Below are positions 60,890-64,000 of a stretch of 64,000 nt of DNA, one piece after another. The DNA is from Pseudomonadota bacterium (lineage in GTDB: Bacteria; Desulfobacterota; Desulfobulbia; Desulfobulbales; SURF-16), in contig JAHIVT010000091.1 in assembly GCA_018816555.1 (NCBI GenBank), forward strand, positions 1,478-65,477, given 5' to 3'. A program made the translations under genes and the position numbers. The notes beneath the pieces were generated by a model. It did not search any database. It saw only the letters and a program-made list of their open reading frames with translations, and was not told where the DNA came from. Numbering within the stretch: the first letter of the stretch is position 1; every line of letters starts with the position of its first letter.

Positions 60890-62335
60890 ATGACAAACAA
60901 GTTGCATGTTGATCTCTTCATTAACGGCCAATGGCTCAAGGCCATATCCGGGGAAAAAATCGAGATTGTCAATCCAGCCACGGAAGAGGTGGTGGCCACT
61001 GCCTGTCAGGCCGGCCGGGCTGATACGGAGATGGCCATTGACGCTGCCCGGCAGGGACTGGCAATCTGGCGCAATGTGTCGCCCTGGGAGCGATCAGCGG
61101 TGCTGAGGAAGGCGGCCCGCCTGCTGGAGGAGAGAGCGGCGGACATCGCCAGACGGGTGGTGCTCGATTGCGGCAAGCCCCTTACCCAGTCATTGGGCGA
61201 GGTGAAGAGCGCGGTGGAGATCATTGACTGGTTTGCTGATGAGGCCCGCCGGATTTATGGCGAGGTGCTGGTCGGCAGAAGCATGCATAACAGACTGCAT
61301 ACTCTCTATGAACCCGTGGGTGTTGCCGCTGGCTTTACGGCCTTTAATTTTCCCATTGTCCTGCCGTCCCGCAAAATTGCCGCAGCCCTGGCTGCCGGCT
61401 GTTCGATCATCTGCCGGCCGGCTGAAGAGGGTTCGGCCTGCGCCGCCGAGCTGGTCAGGTGTTTTATCGATGCCGGGTTGCCTGCCGGGGTTATCAATCT
61501 TCTTACCGGTCGGCCGGAGGAAATTTCCGACACTATCCTGGCCAGTCCGGTTGTCAGAAAAATCAGTTTTACCGGGTCCGTGGGAGTGGGCCAGCAGCTT
61601 ATCCGCCGGGCGGCCGACACGGTGAAAAAGGTGACCATGGAACTGGGTGGGCATGCGCCGGTCATTGTCCATGCCGATGCTGATCCCGAGAAGGTGGCTG
61701 CCGGTGCGGTGGTGGCCAAGTTCCGCAATAACGGGCAGGTATGTGTGTCGCCGACCCGTTTTTTTGTCCACCATTCCCATGGAGAGCGGTTCACCAAGGC
61801 CCTGGTCCAGGCAACCGCCAGGATGAAGATCGGCAATGGCATGGACCCGGCGGTGGACATCGGCCCGCTGATCAACGGCCGTCGTTTGCAGGCCATGGAG
61901 CAGATGGTGGAAAAAACGGTTATGGAGGGCGGCACCGTGGTATTCGGCGGCAAACGGCCGGCAGGGCTCAACAAAGGATATTTTTTTGAGCCGACCATCA
62001 TCACCAACGTCAGGGATGACATGACCGTCATGCAGCATGAACCCTTCGGGCCGCTGGCGCTGATTACGGGCTTTGCCACCCTGGAAGAGGTGGTGGAACG
62101 GGCCAATGCCGTGGATTACGGGCTGGCGAGTTATGTTTTTACCAATTCCCTGCAGCTGGCGCACCAGACCGTGTCTGCCTTGCAAGCCGGCATTGTCACA
62201 GTAAATGGCTGGTCGGGCAGTCTGGCGGAAATGCCGTTCGGCGGGGTGAAATATTCGGGCTACGGCCGTGAAGGAGGCTCGCAGGGCATCTTCGAATATC
62301 TTGATGTGAAATTTTTCAACCTTAATTTCGACTGA
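60890..62335 (+). CDS. NAD(P)-dependent aldehyde dehydrogenase (succinate-semialdehyde dehydrogenase-like)
   Basis: ATG 60890 is preceded by GAGGAA. ALDH motifs FTGS..VG, ELGGHAP (catalytic Glu) and GQVCVSPTR (catalytic Cys). Confidence 0.88.
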   Translation: MTNKLHVDLFINGQWLKAISGEKIEIVNPATEEVVATACQAGRADTEMAIDAARQGLAIWRNVSPWERSAVLRKAARLLEERAADIARRVVLDCGKPLTQSLGEVKSAVEIIDWFADEARRIYGEVLVGRSMHNRLHTLYEPVGVAAGFTAFNFPIVLPSRKIAAALAAGCSIICRPAEEGSACAAELVRCFIDAGLPAGVINLLTGRPEEISDTILASPVVRKISFTGSVGVGQQLIRRAADTVKKVTMELGGHAPVIVHADADPEKVAAGAVVAKFRNNGQVCVSPTRFFVHHSHGERFTKALVQATARMKIGNGMDPAVDIGPLINGRRLQAMEQMVEKTVMEGGTVVFGGKRPAGLNKGYFFEPTIITNVRDDMTVMQHEPFGPLALITGFATLEEVVERANAVDYGLASYVFTNSLQLAHQTVSALQAGIVTVNGWSGSLAEMPFGGVKYSGYGREGGSQGIFEYLDVKFFNLNFD

Positions 62336-62412
62336 TTGCCCGTCTGGACGGAAGCCGCTGCCAGGAAAAGACGGCTCCTGTTGCCAATGCGCAGCGTTTC
62401 GGGGGAAGACTG

Positions 62413-63516
62413 GTGTTCGGCGTTGTTCTTCTTTTTCTCATCACGGTGATGCACGTGTACGTTTTCTGGCGCGGCGCCTCGGTGCCGCTGCTGCAACGTC
62501 ATGTGCCCCGCAGGTTCCTCTTTGCGGCAGGCGCGCTTCTCTGGCTGGGTTTTTTCTGCGGCCGTGTTATCGGTCATCAAGGCACGGGCGCCTTTGCCCG
62601 GGCGCTTGAACTGTTCGGCATGAACTGGATGGCCATCCTTTTCCTGCTCTTCGTCGCGCTGCTGGCCATGGATCTGCTCACCGGTTTCGGTTTTCTCCTG
62701 CCTGGGCTGGCGCCTTCCCTGCGGGGCCTGGCCCTGGTCATTGGCGCACTGCTGTCCCTGGTCGCCCTTATCCAAGGCCTGCGGCCGCCGGTGGTGCAGA
62801 GCTATGATGTCTCCCTTGCCGGTCTCCCCCGGGAGATGGAAGGCAAGACAGTGGTCGCCATGTCTGATCTGCACCTGGGTTCCCTGCTCGGGCCGGAGTG
62901 GCTGGCGGCCCGTGTCAATCAGGTCCGGGAACTGCAGCCCGACTGCGTGGTCCTGCTTGGCGATCTTTTTGAGGGACACGGTCGGCCCCAGGGGGAACTG
63001 TTGCCGGTGTTGCGCCGGCTTGCCGCGCCGTTGGGCGTCTGGGTCGTGCCAGGCAATCACGAGTTCCACAATGGCAACAATACCGCCCTGTCCCTGGTCC
63101 GGGAGGCCGGTTATCATCTGCTGCGCAACAACTGGGTCGAAGTGCGGCCGGGTTTTCTGCTGGCCGGGGTGGATGATCTCACTGCTGCCCGCCGCTCCGG
63201 CCGGAAAGACGATCTCCTGGCCAAGGCGCTGGCAGACCGGCCGGCGGGCGCCACCATCCTCCTGTCCCATACCCCGTGGCAGGCCGAGCAGGCGGCCCGG
63301 GCCGGGGTGGGGCTGATGCTTTCCGGCCATACCCACGGCGGCCAGATCTGGCCTTTCGGCTATCTGGTCAAACGTTTCTATCCGCTGCTTGCCGGCCGCT
63401 ATGAGGTGGACGCTATGACGGTCATCGTCTGCCGCGGCACCGGCACCTGGGGACCGCGCATGCGCCTCTGGCGCCCCGGTGAGATTGTCCGGGTCAGGCT
63501 GCACCGGGCGGAATAA
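62413..63516 (+). CDS. Membrane-anchored metallophosphoesterase (YkuE-like)
   Basis: N-terminal TM helices, then SDLHLG, LLGDLFEG, PGNHE, LLSHTP and SGHTHGGQ motifs. GTG start. Confidence 0.85.
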   Translation: MFGVVLLFLITVMHVYVFWRGASVPLLQRHVPRRFLFAAGALLWLGFFCGRVIGHQGTGAFARALELFGMNWMAILFLLFVALLAMDLLTGFGFLLPGLAPSLRGLALVIGALLSLVALIQGLRPPVVQSYDVSLAGLPREMEGKTVVAMSDLHLGSLLGPEWLAARVNQVRELQPDCVVLLGDLFEGHGRPQGELLPVLRRLAAPLGVWVVPGNHEFHNGNNTALSLVREAGYHLLRNNWVEVRPGFLLAGVDDLTAARRSGRKDDLLAKALADRPAGATILLSHTPWQAEQAARAGVGLMLSGHTHGGQIWPFGYLVKRFYPLLAGRYEVDAMTVIVCRGTGTWGPRMRLWRPGEIVRVRLHRAE

Positions 63517-63557
63517 GTCGCGCGATTTATAAACAATATCGAGAGGTTGTCTGCAAG

Positions 63558-64000
63558 ATGCCACAAGCCGGTGATCACGGTAAGCCACCCAGCCATGCCT
63601 GGACCTTAGTGGACAGCACCCGGGTGCCGGGTGACGGCGGAGAGCTGCGGCTTTACCGGCATGAGGGGGAGTTTGCCATCCGGGTGGACGATGATGAACT
63701 GATGAACAGCCAGGTCCATGGTTCGGAAGATGCCCTGGCCGAACTGGCCTGTAGCCGGGTTAGTGACCGGCCTCAGCCCCGGGTGTTGATCGGCGGGCTG
63801 GGGATGGGGTATACCCTGGCCGCCGCCCTGCAGGTTCTCGGGCCTGAGGCCAGGGTGGTGGTGGCTGAACTGGTGCCGGCGGTGGTGGCATGGAACCGGG
63901 GTCCCCTGGCGGTGCTTGCCGGCCATCCTCTGGATGACAGCCGGGTTAGGGTGCGGGAGGTGGATGTGCGCAAGGTCATGCAGGCGGACAGAAGTGGTTT
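63558..64000 (+). CDS. Spermidine synthase-like SAM-dependent transferase (5' partial, runs off the window)
   Basis: Open frame from ATG 63558 to the window end, and absent from the ORF track because there is no stop. Translation MPQAGDH...ELRLYRHEGEFAIRVDDDELMNSQVHGSE..LA......PRVLIGGLGMGYTL fits the spermine/spermidine-synthase-like family. Confidence 0.6.
   Translation, partial: MPQAGDHGKPPSHAWTLVDSTRVPGDGGELRLYRHEGEFAIRVDDDELMNSQVHGSEDALAELACSRVSDRPQPRVLIGGLGMGYTLAAALQVLGPEARVVVAELVPAVVAWNRGPLAVLAGHPLDDSRVRVREVDVRKVMQADRSG

Noticed and set aside
61190-63588. Minus-strand ORFs of 331, 266 and 442 aa
   Set aside because: They are antisense to the aldehyde dehydrogenase and metallophosphoesterase genes. 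They have extreme Gly/Arg/Pro/His/Gln composition.

Overview
This 64-kb chromosomal window is mostly GC-rich housekeeping genes. Gene content suggests a Desulfobacterota-like, selenium-using anaerobe: a PurS-PurL fusion, PSP1/RicT, DivIVA/YggT/YggU, PEP-CTERM proteins and a selenocysteine-containing SelD. That taxon call is inference only. Recognisable genes, in order: smpB, a GspE/PilB-type ATPase, purSL, a YhaM-like OB/HD nuclease, holB, PSP1, metG, a degenerate GGDEF-like protein, a MinD/ParA ATPase, yggT, divIVA, yggU, a phosphoesterase, a HIT protein, mutS, an AmiC-type amidase, comF, mtnA, an operon of tandem-GAF protein, mreB and a serine hydrolase, then dnaN-gyrB-gyrA-gpsA, a ZnuBC-like transporter, selD, a PilZ protein, a PiT transporter with its DUF47 partner, a CN-hydrolase/RfaE-II fusion, an FlgO-like lipoprotein cluster, rpe, an M16 peptidase, lgt, a large hybrid sensor kinase, an aldehyde dehydrogenase, a membrane phosphoesterase and a partial spermidine-synthase-like gene. 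No rRNA, tRNA or CRISPR array was found. The most interesting region is a visibly AT-rich accessory island at about 35.7-41.3 kb. Its genes are all on the minus strand and are separated by short GC-rich imperfect palindromes bounded by YYYAAC...GTT core-like heptamers. Three of the genes show complementary start/end cores, the classic integron-cassette signature, but no integrase is present (CALIN-like). The island encodes a protein with nucleotidyl-cyclase/GGDEF-like palm motifs, a protein with an unknown N-terminal domain fused to an Mrr-type nuclease, a 2-TM peptide, a 236-aa orphan and a PEP-CTERM protein. These are candidate novel defence or signalling cassettes. Other notable points: in-frame UGA (Sec) recoding in selD, which the ORF track truncates; a possible CxxU membrane micro-selenoprotein; a 700-aa membrane protein with seven tandem copies of a FliM-N-terminus-like LDQxNIDALLGG peptide; and a 177-bp MITE-like element with perfect 20-bp inverted ends that supplies the stop codon of the sensor kinase. 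All functional calls come from motif recognition by eye, and no database search was possible.
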